The notes beneath the pieces are model-generated. The model saw nothing but the letters and a program-made list of their open reading frames with translations, ran no database searches and had not been told where the DNA came from. 64,000 nt of DNA, from contig JYFJ02001637.1 of the NCBI GenBank assembly GCA_000934665.2, positions 1-64,000 on the forward strand, in the 5' to 3' direction. Every line of letters begins with the position of its first letter. Position 1 is the stretch's first letter. Origin of the DNA: Catajapyx aquilonaris (taxonomy: Eukaryota). Positions 22,501-34,800 of this stretch are shown piece after piece. The position numbers and the translations under genes are program-made.

Positions 22501-25500
22501 AAAGACAGTAATATACCATCATGCAAATGTGTGATAATATTGAATCTAATAGAAATGTAATACATTCTTTCCCGAATAATTTCTGGCAAGCGAAATGGGA
22601 CAGTCCAAATTACATTCCTGAGTTATAGATTTCCATATGATTCTGAATAGGGCGGAGTCACATGGTGGTTAAATAACTTGGATGGGATGTGGACAATTTA
22701 TGCGAGGTGTTGGGAACAAAAGGGGGCCAACTATTTTTGCCCAACTATATGTTTAGTTCTGGGCTTTAGCAGGAGCGGGCATTTGCAATGTGGTGTCATA
22801 ATGCTCGTTTCGTATGGATCACTGTCAGATTATCACTGGCGTAAACACACTTTATGGGGGGTATGACAGTGTCGTTTAGAATCCGGACAACATTAGACTG
22901 ATCCATACGCAATGCGTACAAGCCACAATCAATTTGGTTTGGTTATCAATAAAATGTTATTATTTTTTATATTTATTTTACCCCGTGATAAAGCCTCCAT
23001 GGGTCTGAATAAAGTGATATAATAAAATAATAACAAACAGGGCTATAACAGCTTTTAATCCATTCAGACCGCCCTTTTACACCACTAACACCAATACAAC
23101 CCAGTACAACTAATAAAAAACGCATTTGACAAGAAAACACTATTGTTCAAGTATACTCTTCGAAATCAAAGTTACATAAGGCGAGCCTCTCACAAAAAAA
23201 AAAAAACACAAGCTTCTCCTCAGCAGTGGCTAAGAAAATAGCCATCTCCTGCTTGGAAAATGGACTGCTACAACAGCGGATATACAGTCTATAGCCAAAA
23301 AGCACTTCCTCCTGCTCTTCCTCTGCTCTTACCAAAGTATCTCTCCAGCAGAGTGGGGAAGAGAGGGGGGGGGAGGGGGAAGTGAAATTGTGTTTTCCAT
23401 TGGGATTTGCTCGTGCCATCGCCACTTGGAGACTTGCAGCGTTTCTCCCACGGGGACCAAATGACACTGTCGATATCTCGCAGGCATTCAGCATGGTACA
23501 TATATCTCGAGAAATGGTCAAGAGACGAAAATTATGTAGGGTCTTTCATAGACACTCTAATTACTTCAGTAGGCTACAATGTAGCGAGGATTTGATGAAT
23601 CGATGAGAAAAAGTATTGCTTCGGACGTTTGTTAGAAAGTTTGACGTCGGGATATACCGCTGTTTCAACAGAAAAGATAGTAGTACAGTGCTGCTGGGGA
23701 ACTCTGAACCAGGCAATAAATCTCTTTGTGAGAAAGGCTTATTTCATTGACTAAAAATGGATTTGGATTCCCTCCAGTCTAGAGAGATAATTGGGAGTAG
23801 GAATAGGGATGCTTTACACAAATCGGGAATGTACCTCCCTCGTGCCCGGAATTCGGTCAGGATTTGTTTGATTTGAGCTGAGATTATTAGGATTCCCCGT
23901 TTCCCCCCCCTCGATCCTGCCTCCCATGTTCTTTGAACATTGATGCATCGTACCTACCCTTACAAGATGTACGACCAGTCGCGTCCTCGAAAATTGGTTC
24001 TATTTGGAGATCTTCCCCGGTGAAACTCGTTGCTGATCGAGTTTCTGGCTGGGTCTAATACTCGAACGTGACTTAAACTGGGAAAACCTGGTTCCAAATA
24101 CACTGTGTGACTAGCCAAGCAATAGCGGTTCTTTTTTTTAAAAAAAGAACTGCTATTCGTTATGTCACAAGCATAAGTGTTTCCGAACTAGCTAGCTCTA
24201 GCACACGCTTCGGGTTCTAGAAAAAAACCTATAGCCATCAACATCTGGCGCAGTTTTTTGACGGACGGGCACACACTGGCTGAACCCACAAAAGCCCCCG
24301 TTGCTTTTTTTTTTTTCCAAGCGTGATACTACTCCATGGGGCGATTCTTCCTGGGGATATAAAGAGACCTGCAGTTCCACGTCGCCTGATTGAGTTCACG
24401 CCTCCATTTTTAGCACCCCGAGAGGACCAAAAACCGCCTAGAGCGATTTTTTCCGCGCCATTTTTAACGGTTTTTTTTTTGCTCTCCCTGCCATTTTAAC
24501 GGTTTTTTTCCACCCCATTAATTCCAGCCTGTAAGATTATTAATTCTCGCGCCCAACACCTCTAATGGGAACAATCTCCATGCCGATTCGGATTAGCGGG
24601 CTATGGTTCTTTACTTTTTTTAAAAATGGGTTAGAGAGGGGGTTGATGAAAAGCACCACCCCCCGCCTTCCCCCTTCATCCAAAAGTGGTCCAAGTGGGA
24701 GCTGCAGCACGCGCTTCCGATCTCTATTCACAGCCCCGGTTGGCCCGTTGTAGGGCCAATTGAATGGGCCTATGAATAGACTATCGCTTGGTAGTGAACT
24801 GCCTCCTCAATAGGCCGATGGGCTCCATTACATTATTCAGCCTTCCCCCGTCACGCTCCAGTTGAGGGTGGGGAGATGGGGGTGTGGAGTAGAAAGGGAG
24901 TTACTCCAGGGCTCGTCTCTGGGCCATGGAAATCATTATTAGGTGAGGAATGTGCTGGAGAAATCTTTTTTTTGTGTGTGTGTGATGCGATTGCTGGGGT
25001 GGCGAGCAATCTGCGATCACACTTGGGGGAACACTGAAATATTCGCGTATGAATTGGAGCATGCTTAATTGCATCATTAGTCAGCCCCCCATTTTAAAGC
25101 TTCAACCGTTTAAAGTTATACATAATTATACCGACAAGCACTTCCATAGACTAATTTGAGGGCCTATAGCCGTGAAGCTGTACTACCTGAGCGAGGACAG
25201 CTCTGTAAGCTCCTAGATATTTTAAAGGCTCAAAGAGACGTTTCAGATCCGGTTGTTTACAAATATAGTGTCGAAACTGGAATTGATCTGCACCTGACGC
25301 TTCTCTCTCTAGTTCTCTCTCTCTCCCCCCATGTTTACCTTTCTTCCTGCACTAAATTACTCGCTCCCTCCAAACTTGGACAAATCCGTAGGATTTCCGT
25401 GGGTGTGATTTAGACCGACGAGGGCTTTTTTGGAAACAAGTGCCGCAGGAGTATCTGAATGGGCCTGTGGGAGGACATACGGGCACGCCTTCCAAGATAT

Positions 25501-27969
25501 ACATAGAATGGAGGAAAAAAGAGAGAGAGAGAGAGAGAGTGGACGACATTGTTGGCGGGACAAAACAGGTCCCGAGTGCACCATCAGGGATGGTTCCAGC
25601 ACATATTGCCCAGTATCCTACTACCTCGAGCGGAAATAATGCTTCCAGAAAAAAATGAGGCTGCTGGAGATCTGCAGTTGGAGCTAACAGGGTGTGGCTG
25701 CTGGAGCACTGATATTTGGTTAGTATTATGGTTTTTTAACTTTAATTTTACTTTACCTCATTGTGACAAATCATTCATTTGTACTTGCAGGTGTTTTATC
25801 TTCAGTAATGGATGTTGCACAGCAGCATTTTCCAATTCAAGAGCGGCCAAATGGAATTGTTTGAACAGGTGAACACAATGCGTCGCCAGGGCATTGTCGT
25901 TGAGTGTGGTAGTAATTTGCAGGGAAATCTTTTGCACCGTTTCTCCCATAGACTAACTCTCACAGGGGCGATTGGATTTGTCGTCGCCCATGGAAAGTTT
26001 AAAGGAGTCGTTGGTCAGAGTGGCGTCTATACACCCACTGGTGAATCGTTGGAAATGTCCGAGGAGGAAGCAAGCAACCACCTTCCTCCCATTCCTTCCC
26101 TGTGGATTAACACAAGTGTGTGCCAAATTGGATCTGAAGGGCTGAATTATAGAGACGGCAAATCTGTGCTCCGCACAAACTCCACGGTCCTGTTCAGATG
26201 ATGCAATCTGCTTCCAGGGAAGGGAAGGGACGACTTGGACAAAACAAACTTATCTCCAGGAAACCCAACTGAGATAATACGCCAAATTTATAACCCTTCC
26301 TGCAGCTTGAGAAACTTACTGGTTGCCAATGAAAAGCGCCAGGGAGAAACTAGAAGGGGGAAAGCTAGTTATATTGGGTTTTCCAAGAGGGAGGGATTAG
26401 GACCAGAAACTAAGGATTTCTAGTCGCATTCTAGGAAAACGGCTCAATAATGGATTGGATGAGCGAATTAATTTAGATTGGTTAATTCGAGGGGTGAAGT
26501 CAGCGTCTATTTTGCACTGGTTGCCGGATTAAACTATTCGTGACTTTTTCCCCTACACACTATTGAACTTGGGGCCTACTGTATGCGAGCCAATTTTACA
26601 TCAAAAGGTAAAATTTTGCATTAAGGTTCAGTAATCTTACCACTGAGGTACTGTTTGTGCCAAATGAGGTGGAAAATTATGCTCCCCTGTACTTTTTTTC
26701 CCCGCAAACACTGCCACCTTTTCTGCTATCATAATACAAAACCACATCAAACACGTACAGGGCTTTGATGAAAGCGGATCTGGGTTCTTCATACTTTAGT
26801 GTTTATGACACACAAGTTCGGGGGGTGTGTGCGTGTGTGTTATGAATACAACTTAAGCGGATTAATTCAACACTCGTTACTGTACAACCCCCGCTTCAGA
26901 GGCCTACTTACCATAAAGTTTCTCACTCCACATGTATACAGTACTCCAACTGAAGTGGTCGGTAGCACTAATCCTTTATTTTCCAATAGTTGCTTCAAGA
27001 GAATATTATATCGGGTTGCTTATTTGCAAAATGTCTAGCAATATTTTAGGATGCCCTCAACTTTTATGGGCAATGAAGGATCACGCATCCTAGAGTGTAC
27101 CTTGAGCCACTCCAAATAATGGAATCGACATCTTGACAATTTTCCCGTCGCAACCTCAGGAAGGCCGTAGTCAGGCCAATGACTGATGTCGTCGTCTGAT
27201 GAACACGCAATCTGGCAATCTGCAGATGATTGGAGCCTGTGGCAGAACCCAAAATCAGCACAACAATTCGATTACTCTTAACGAATATGGGTGGTGCCTG
27301 GCACGGGGGTGGTTTTCTCAAGGGTTTTTCCGTTGGTTTTTTTTAAATATATAAAGAGGAAGAGCGTCATTGAATCAAGCGAGATGTTGCCGTGGCAAAG
27401 ATTACTCAAAGAAGGGGGGGTGCGCCTGAGTAAATTAGACGAGTGAAGTTGGCTCCCGGGTAATTTACGGCGCGGTTTCGGGTCTCCCTCATAAAGTTAG
27501 CACAAAGTAGCAGGCAAATTAAACCGTTTCCCTGCCGCCGGGGCTTCCATCTCCATCCTCCTCTGGGCCTCCGGAGTCAGGAGCCCCCGGGTTGCGCTCC
27601 GGGTCACGCCGTCGGGCCTTCCAAGCCTTGCTTATCTTGGCCTAATGGAACCGCACGTGTCTCCGCTGATTTTGAGTGGGAGACGCAGTTGCAAGTTTAC
27701 GATACCCCCCGTTTGCAGGATACGGTGGCTGATGGGAGAGGCTGTAAGATTGAAGCGACATGGTTGTCGATAGGGGATACCCAGGATTAATATGGATGGG
27801 GGAGATTTTTGCAAGGTGGACGGTGTGATACTATACGTGGCAACACTGGTTAGCAAAAATTGAGGAATTCAGAGGATGTCTAGCATAAACACATTGTGCA
27901 ATTGCCTTATATTATGAGATCACTAGAATTGTTTTCATAGATAAATTAATTACCTCGATAAAGCTTTTG

Positions 27970-28225
27970 ATTGTTTGTTTGTGCCCTTTTTTTGGGGGGG
28001 TGGCCCAAGTAAGGGCGCTGTTATAGTTTCTAGTAATTTCTGAGCCTCTTAAATACCATATCTTTTCTCTTTGCCCTGGGCAGAGAAGGGAGTGAAATTA
28101 TGCCCGGAGATGTCGGGTGAAAAGCGGAAAAAGACCCGACCAAGCGAAGGTGACGGGGACGGGATTTGAACCCCGGACCTCCCGCTTGGCTGGGCAGTAG
28201 CATAGCCATAGACCACCATGCCCCC
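27970..28225 (-). mobile_element. tRNA-derived SINE (head resembles tRNA-Gly GCC)
   Basis: Minus strand reads GGGGGCATGGTGGTCTATGG (A-box-like)...CTGCCCAGCCAAGCGGGAGGTCCGGGGTTCAAATCCC (B box). This resembles the tRNA-Gly(GCC) segment GCCTGCCACGCGGGAGGCCCGGGTTCGATTCCC, but the stems pair poorly. A tRNA-unrelated body and an (AAAC)n-like tail follow; the 3' boundary is approximate. Confidence 0.65.
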
Positions 28226-31200
28226 TAATTGCGATAATGCCTTGTAGTTATCTTGTCCTGTAGTTGATGATTAATCATATATTTAAATTAAGTTCAATTC
28301 TAATTTGATTACTATAGTAAATTGCAATGCCTATTCTGAGGGTGACACATTTTTCGGTAAATTTTGTAACGTCAGTAATTTCACGATTACCGTGTGATCT
28401 ATGTTACATTATAATACGGTTTGTAATGGAAGTGAGGTGGATGTAATTTGATTGTGTGAACCAATAAAAAATTGATATTTTACAACAGCAAAGCTAGCTG
28501 CCCATTACTTAATTGGTACGCTGAATTTTTTTTTTCTATTGGTATTTGCACGCTCTTTAAAATTAACGTTTGATTTATTAATGGCGCTATAGTTTTGTAA
28601 CTAAAAAGGGTCCTCTTAATTGTGTCGGGCTAAATGACAAGAGCATGTGAACTATGTTGTATCCACACAGCGCGACACTGAGCTATAGTCAGCGATGCGT
28701 TCCCAATATGATGTCGTTCATGTTGAAGCATTTTCAACGTTTTAATATATTCCCAACAATGAGAATGCACAGCACACTTGACAACATGTCACGGACGAGT
28801 GTGCGTTGTAGTTCTCTCCATCATATTTGACAGCACATTAGCCTCGAAGGCTGCATGTTGTCATCGTGGTTGCCTGTTTTGTCATCACCTTTATTTTGAT
28901 ATTCGCCGTTTTTCGGAAAACAATTCACGTACTGGGAAGCCAAACCGTCAGCCGATAAAATATGGGCACGAATTTCATCAAGTTTGGTAACTCTGTAAAA
29001 GGGAAATTTCACACGCGATTTTTTGGGTCATGTTATCAGTTATAAGTGACATCCACTTCATGTTAAAAAGCGTAACTTGTGCATATACTGTACACTGTAC
29101 AGTACATAGTGCAAAATTTTCATACAACACAGGCCTGTTTATTCACCACAATATTCACCAGCTATTCTTACTTCCTCATTGCCTTAGTTGCCTTGTTTAA
29201 AGTGTACAGTTATGTCTTTATTTTCCTCTGCTGAAAAGATCCATCCGGCTCCTAACAAATCTTAGGACAAAGTTCCCCCATCGCCGGAACAGTTTTGTTT
29301 CATCATCCGACCTGGGCGTTTGCTAGACCCTACCTAGAATGGGAATAGGTCTCGGAAGGCCATTTTGAGGCACAGCAAGGCTTTGGGAGGAAGCTTATCC
29401 AATTAAAGACCCATTGCGCTCACTACTAAGTCTTCCAAGTTTTCCTCACTCCCCAGGACTTTGGAGTCAGTGAAAGGTTTTTACTGAAGCACGCCTTTTT
29501 CCTGGCACAGCATCTGGAATGAGCTTGGGACCAAAACTTTTCTACGGGATCATAATGCAGGAGCAGGTGAAAGAAAGTTGGATAAGGAGAAAAGGAAAGG
29601 GAAAGAAAAAAAAGTCCCAAAGTCTCACAGAAACGTGGAGATATTAAGCTACATTCAAGCGCGCATCCTGATTGCGCAGATAGTGTTGGAAATGCAACAA
29701 TGCGATGAAACATCGTAAAAATGCTGTTTATAATGCCAACCCGAACACGGTACCACTTGGTATACCCCTCGGTATATATCTTTGGTCTCCGCACTTTCTG
29801 GAGGTAGTTGTGGTGGCAGGGAGGGGGTCCCTCCCGCCTTTCCGTCATCTCCCCTTTTCTCAATTTGCCAGACTCCGATTGCCTCCCCCGGCTGCAAACG
29901 ACCTGCTTAATGGCGGCAATTACAGGGAATGGCTCGCGGAGCCAACTCCCAGAGCCCAAAACCCTAAGGACCGCCACTTGGAGACATCGCCCTCAAGACC
30001 ATTACTTTCCACGGCCAACAGGACACTTACCCAACCCTCTTTTCACTTGAAGCACGCTTTTCACCCCACCTCAGGATACCCACACTTCTGATAGCCCCTC
30101 TAGTCTGAATATGTGTCCGGAAAACCCGGCAGAGTTTCCAATTCGCGGGGGGGACATTCAAGGGAACCCCATTTTATGGCTTCACGGTTACGCTCTCGGG
30201 GAGTCAACAACGTTTCCACCTACTTCATTGATGGAGTTCAAAAGCGTCTTTCGTGTTCGCATCTGGTTTTAGTCTGAACCGGTGGCTTAGGGGGCTTTGA
30301 CAATATTTGAGGCATTGCTGCAAAACGGTTGATGGATAGGTGCATAGCGCATGTGTATATAGTCAACACCGCCTCTCCACCCACTAGAGACGCCATGACA
30401 GTTCCGTGAAAGGAAGGGGGAATCCCCGTGATGGGCACGCTACACGCCGCTAACGGCTCGTCTACAACGTCATTGGAATGCCGGAGTAAACGCTGCGCAA
30501 ATGGGCTAATGTCATGGCTCAAGGCATCTCCATTTCATACCCAATTCACGGCCGGCCCTTTTCCTCTTGGCTATCCCATGTAACGACCCAACCAATTACC
30601 GTAATTTACTCAACTTTTTTTTACTTTCTCTCTACCCCCCCTCTGTCCCACAGTGGTTGTCACGACAATAATCACACTACGCGTCGGTCCTCCGTGCGGA
30701 AGGGAAATAACATTACAGGGAGTGTCATTACCCCGCAGGACAATCATGGCTCGGACCATTTTACATGACTTGCATTCCGCTGGGGTGCGTACACTGTACG
30801 GTTGGAGCGTGCGGGTTAACTAACGCCATGTCTTCTGGAAGGGAGGGTGTTACGAGGGGGTTCTTGGGCGATACCAAGGGTGTTTAATTGTTGCGGGCGC
30901 AGACATTTCGGGATTAGATTGCTTGGGGCGAGTGCATGTAATGGCGTGGATACTGATCACTTGGAATGGTACTGTCACAAGAAGTTTGTTACATTGTTGG
31001 CAGGATGAATACAGTTTTTAAAAGTATTTCTAGCACATTGTAAGTTAATCTCTTCCGATAATAACTGGATTCTATATCAGAAGTGTATCTGACAGCTTCA
31101 CTGGAGCTTGAGGCTATACTAGCAAAGTTTGTACTTGGAAGCAATAGGAAGGTACACCATACTGTATACCCGCTGGAGGTAGGTTGCCACATTTTCCATT

Positions 31201-33252
31201 TTCTGATCACTTGCTAAGCATAGCCTGTTCCTTCGTGCATTTGTTTGCTCAAGGCGGACCTGCAGTTTGTTAATAACAATGTATTTTTAAAACAGTCTTG
31301 CCCTACCTCATTTTAATTTCTATGCAGTAATGGAAATTTCCCATGTGGCAAAACAAGCAATATGTTGACTTTATCAATATGGTGAAATTGCATAGCAATG
31401 TTTTGTCACAACTAATATCAAAATTAATTCGCAATTTGGCTACGTTCTCCAACCATTTATATTGTACTCTATTAAAACTGAAAATTTAGCTCAGACAAAA
31501 TGAAAGGCCAGTAGTGTACATCGTAATCGGGTCTGACTGTGAGAGCAAGAGTGATGTTGACAAGATGCTTGGTTAGGTTGGTCTGTGGAGAAGGGGGGAA
31601 GCGGCAGTTTCTTTTCATCCCTATCCCTCTCTCTACCTCCCTTTGAAAAGTAGCTGGAGGGAGGGGGGAGAGGGGAGGAGGGGAGATGGAAGGGGGCTAA
31701 TCAATGAGCGGATTCCCAAGAGGTTCGTTAGCGGAGCCAGATTAGCCTTGTTGGCCCAGGCCTCCAGGTAATTGCACAGCCACACCTGCTCTTGGTCAGC
31801 CGCCTAACTCTCTTCGCTGTGGACCTCTCCCATCAATCTCTTTTATGTGCCAGCATCACCCTGTACATGAACAATTTACTTATGTTGTGAATTAAAATAT
31901 TCGGCCACTTTTGTTCCCACCTGTGACGAGGCATGAGACGACCCAACTCATCACTACCCGGCACCAAATTCATTCAAAAAAATTCGTCGCTTCCCAGTGT
32001 CCATCAAAGTGCGAAGTCACCCTGGCGGAATGGCCCTCCCCAACAAAAAAGTGGGTATAGGGTCGGCCCCCGGGTGAAGAAAGGAATTTGGTCTCCTAAT
32101 TGGGAGGAGACGAAAGAGTCTATAGATGGTCGGATGGCCTGTTGGACCGAGGATGGAGCGCAGTCAACTCGCAGCCGATCGATTTGCCGCCCAATTTAAT
32201 CCGGCCAAACGCCGGCGGACCGGAATGGCACTTCCGGGTGCTGCTTCACAGGCTGGGAGGGGGTGGGCCAAGAAGGAAATTGGGGGGAGAAAGGGGAGGT
32301 GAGTGACACTGGATCACCCACCACCACCTTCAGGACCTCTGGGTGCTGGGTGCTGATGTCAAATTGAAAAATTATTTCTTTAGAAATTTTTGATTTGTGT
32401 TTCCATACAATGTCCAGCTTTGAAAAATTCGAGGGTCCAGCTCGTGCTTGACCAGGGAGGACAAAGGAGCTGGTGTGATAGGTTGCGTAGGACATTCTGG
32501 GGGGTATAAATTTGGGGCCTCAATCAGGCTCCGGATGCCCCTAGGGCGTGCTGGCCACATCCCCCAGTATTCCGGAATCCGGCGAGTAGCAGCTGGGCCC
32601 CCTGCAAGCACTTCGGGGACTAATAATTCCGGGAGCCCACAACCATCCGGACTCTTCTCGACACGTGTCTCTTGGCAATATAGGAAAAAAGCGTGAGGGG
32701 GACAGTAGACTAGCACTTGTCGAGCTGCAGTTCCGTATACATTGCGAGCCTCTGGAGAATACTCGCAAGTACAAAAAAAAATTGGAAGACTTAAATTGCA
32801 TAACACCTTTTTGCTGAAAGTTTATTAAGTGAACTTTCACATTTATAATAATAATTCGCTGCATTTTCCACTTCTTGTCTGGCATTGCCCAACTGGGGCT
32901 CTCACAAGCAGATGCACACCTGAATAGACTGTACATCAACAGTATTTACAGCCTGAAGTTACGCACTATTTTTGGGGCGCCGCTTTTTTGGACTGTAATA
33001 TACGAGTATCGTTCGTAGTAACAGCTCTCCTCTGTCTTCACGCACAAGAAGAAAATCCTCTCTGGAGGATTAATTTATCGCTGCAATTCTCAGCAAGTTA
33101 CTGCTCCACTTCTTGCCAGCGTTTTTTTCTCTTCTCGCTTTTTATTCGGCTCTACTTTTTGTTTCCAATTCTACAGGTGTCGAGAGGATGGTCCGTACTT
33201 TATTGCCAGGCTTCACTTGCACGCAAAAGGAATTATCGGTTTTACTAGGAGA

Positions 33253-33417
33253 TATCTGTCGTCAAGAGAAACACCCTATCTCCAAAACTACGAAGGGTGA
33301 AAGTCGCATGTATGTCCTGCACTAATTCCTCCTGAGTCGTAGTGTATAGGGCATGCATTCGACTTTCACCCTTACTAGTTTTGGAGATAGGGTGTTTCTT
33401 ATTGGGACGGCAGAATA
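33253..33417. mobile_element. Hairpin MITE with Stowaway/Tc1-mariner-like termini
   Basis: About 70-bp imperfect arms (AGAAACACCCTATCTCCAAAACTA..AAGGGTGAAAGTCG / CGACTTTCACCCTT..TAGTTTTGGAGATAGGGTGTTTCT) around a short loop. The right terminus reads TATTCTGCCGTCCCA on the minus strand. Confidence 0.7.
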
Positions 33418-34283
33418 TGGCAGGGGGAGTCAAAATACAGAAACTGTAAGCGAGCGAGAAATCGGTTGTAGCGTGAGATGAGAAGCCAATGACACTAAAA
33501 TGTATCGAATTCGTTCGAGATTAACTGACGAGGTTGTATTTCGTACACGAGCAACTCGGTACCTTTTGTGTATACTGTTAGCCTGAAGGTAATTTCATTT
33601 CCATAGCCACGTACCGGTACGTGACCAGTTACGTTCCTTTTTTTTTTGACGATGCATTATGCATGTCCGGATTTATCAGTGTCACGGCGCTTCGCATTGT
33701 ATACTAGGCGTCATGCAGGCGAATAATACTATAAAAAAAGAGTCATACAAAGCAACTCGTGTGCACCCTGACTCCAAAGCGACGGGTGTGTACCGGTGTG
33801 TTAAAGCGTGTCTCGACAAGCTATTTAGTTGCTAAAACCGGACCCATGAACACAAGGGGTAGCCGGCCCCGAAATGCAACTCGCGGAAGCGTAACACAGT
33901 TACAAAATGAGATTGGACAAATATTTCCTGGTTGCGCGCATTATAATCGAGTTTTAAATCCAATGAACGATCCCTGCCTCCACCCATATATGTCTGGTTT
34001 TGCGGGTACTGCAACCGGAACAACATGGCCACCACATAATAAAAACCGCGCGCTGGGAATAACCTTCTTTTTTTTTTAAAACAAAAAAAAAGTTTGTTCC
34101 GGACACCTAAACAAAATGGCTACCATTCATTTGTTATTCTGGAGATAATGTGGCGATCACATTATAAAATTTAGTAAAAATATCTTATTACAGTTTGTGC
34201 GAGTTGTCACTGCATACTGTATATTTATTTGTTTCTTTGTTTGTTTATTCGTACAATTTATTCGATTTAATTATTTAGTATTA

Positions 34284-34625
34284 TATTTATTTAGTTATTA
34301 TATTTGCTTCATTAATTTATTTAGTCATTATATTTGCTTCATTAATTTATTTAGTTATTATATTTGCTTCATTAATTTATTTAGTAGATTTGCTTCACTT
34401 ATTATATTTATACAGTTAATTTATTTATTAATTATACTGAATTAATAAAGTATACTTATTATACTGAATTAATAAAGTATACTTATTATACTGAATTAAT
34501 AAAGTATACTCATTACTTAATTAATAAAGTATACTTATTAATTTAATTAATAAAGCATACTTATTAATTTAATTAATAAAGCATACTTATTAATTTAATT
34601 AATAAAGCATACTTATTAATTAAAT
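34284..34625. repeat. Two adjacent AT-rich minisatellites (30-bp unit x ~3; 27-bp unit x ~7)
   Basis: ATTTATTTAGTTATTATATTTGCTTCATTA repeats, followed by (T/A)ATTAATAAAG(T/C)ATACTTATTA-type repeats. Confidence 0.85.
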
Positions 34626-34675
34626 TATTTATTCAATTTAAGTACTTAATTGTGCCTATTACGTTTAATTACTAA

Positions 34676-34800
34676 CTAGAGATGCCACTCCATTGCGCGT
34701 GCGTAGAACGCGGGCCAATAAGAAGTGTCGCGTTAACAACAATATGCGGTGGACCAACCAAAGGGCATAACCAAACACCGTAGGATTTTAATATTATAGA
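34676..34800 (-). mobile_element. Mini-Helitron, copy 2 (125 bp, both termini present)
   Basis: Minus strand runs TCTATAATATTAAAAT...GGCCCGCGTTCTACGCACGCGCAATGGAGTGGCATCT-CTAG|T. Homologous to 19505-19595 and 52107-52206. Confidence 0.62.

Noticed and set aside
28154..28225. Functional tRNA gene
   Set aside because: Acceptor, D and anticodon stems pair poorly, and the sequence continues into a SINE-like body and tail.
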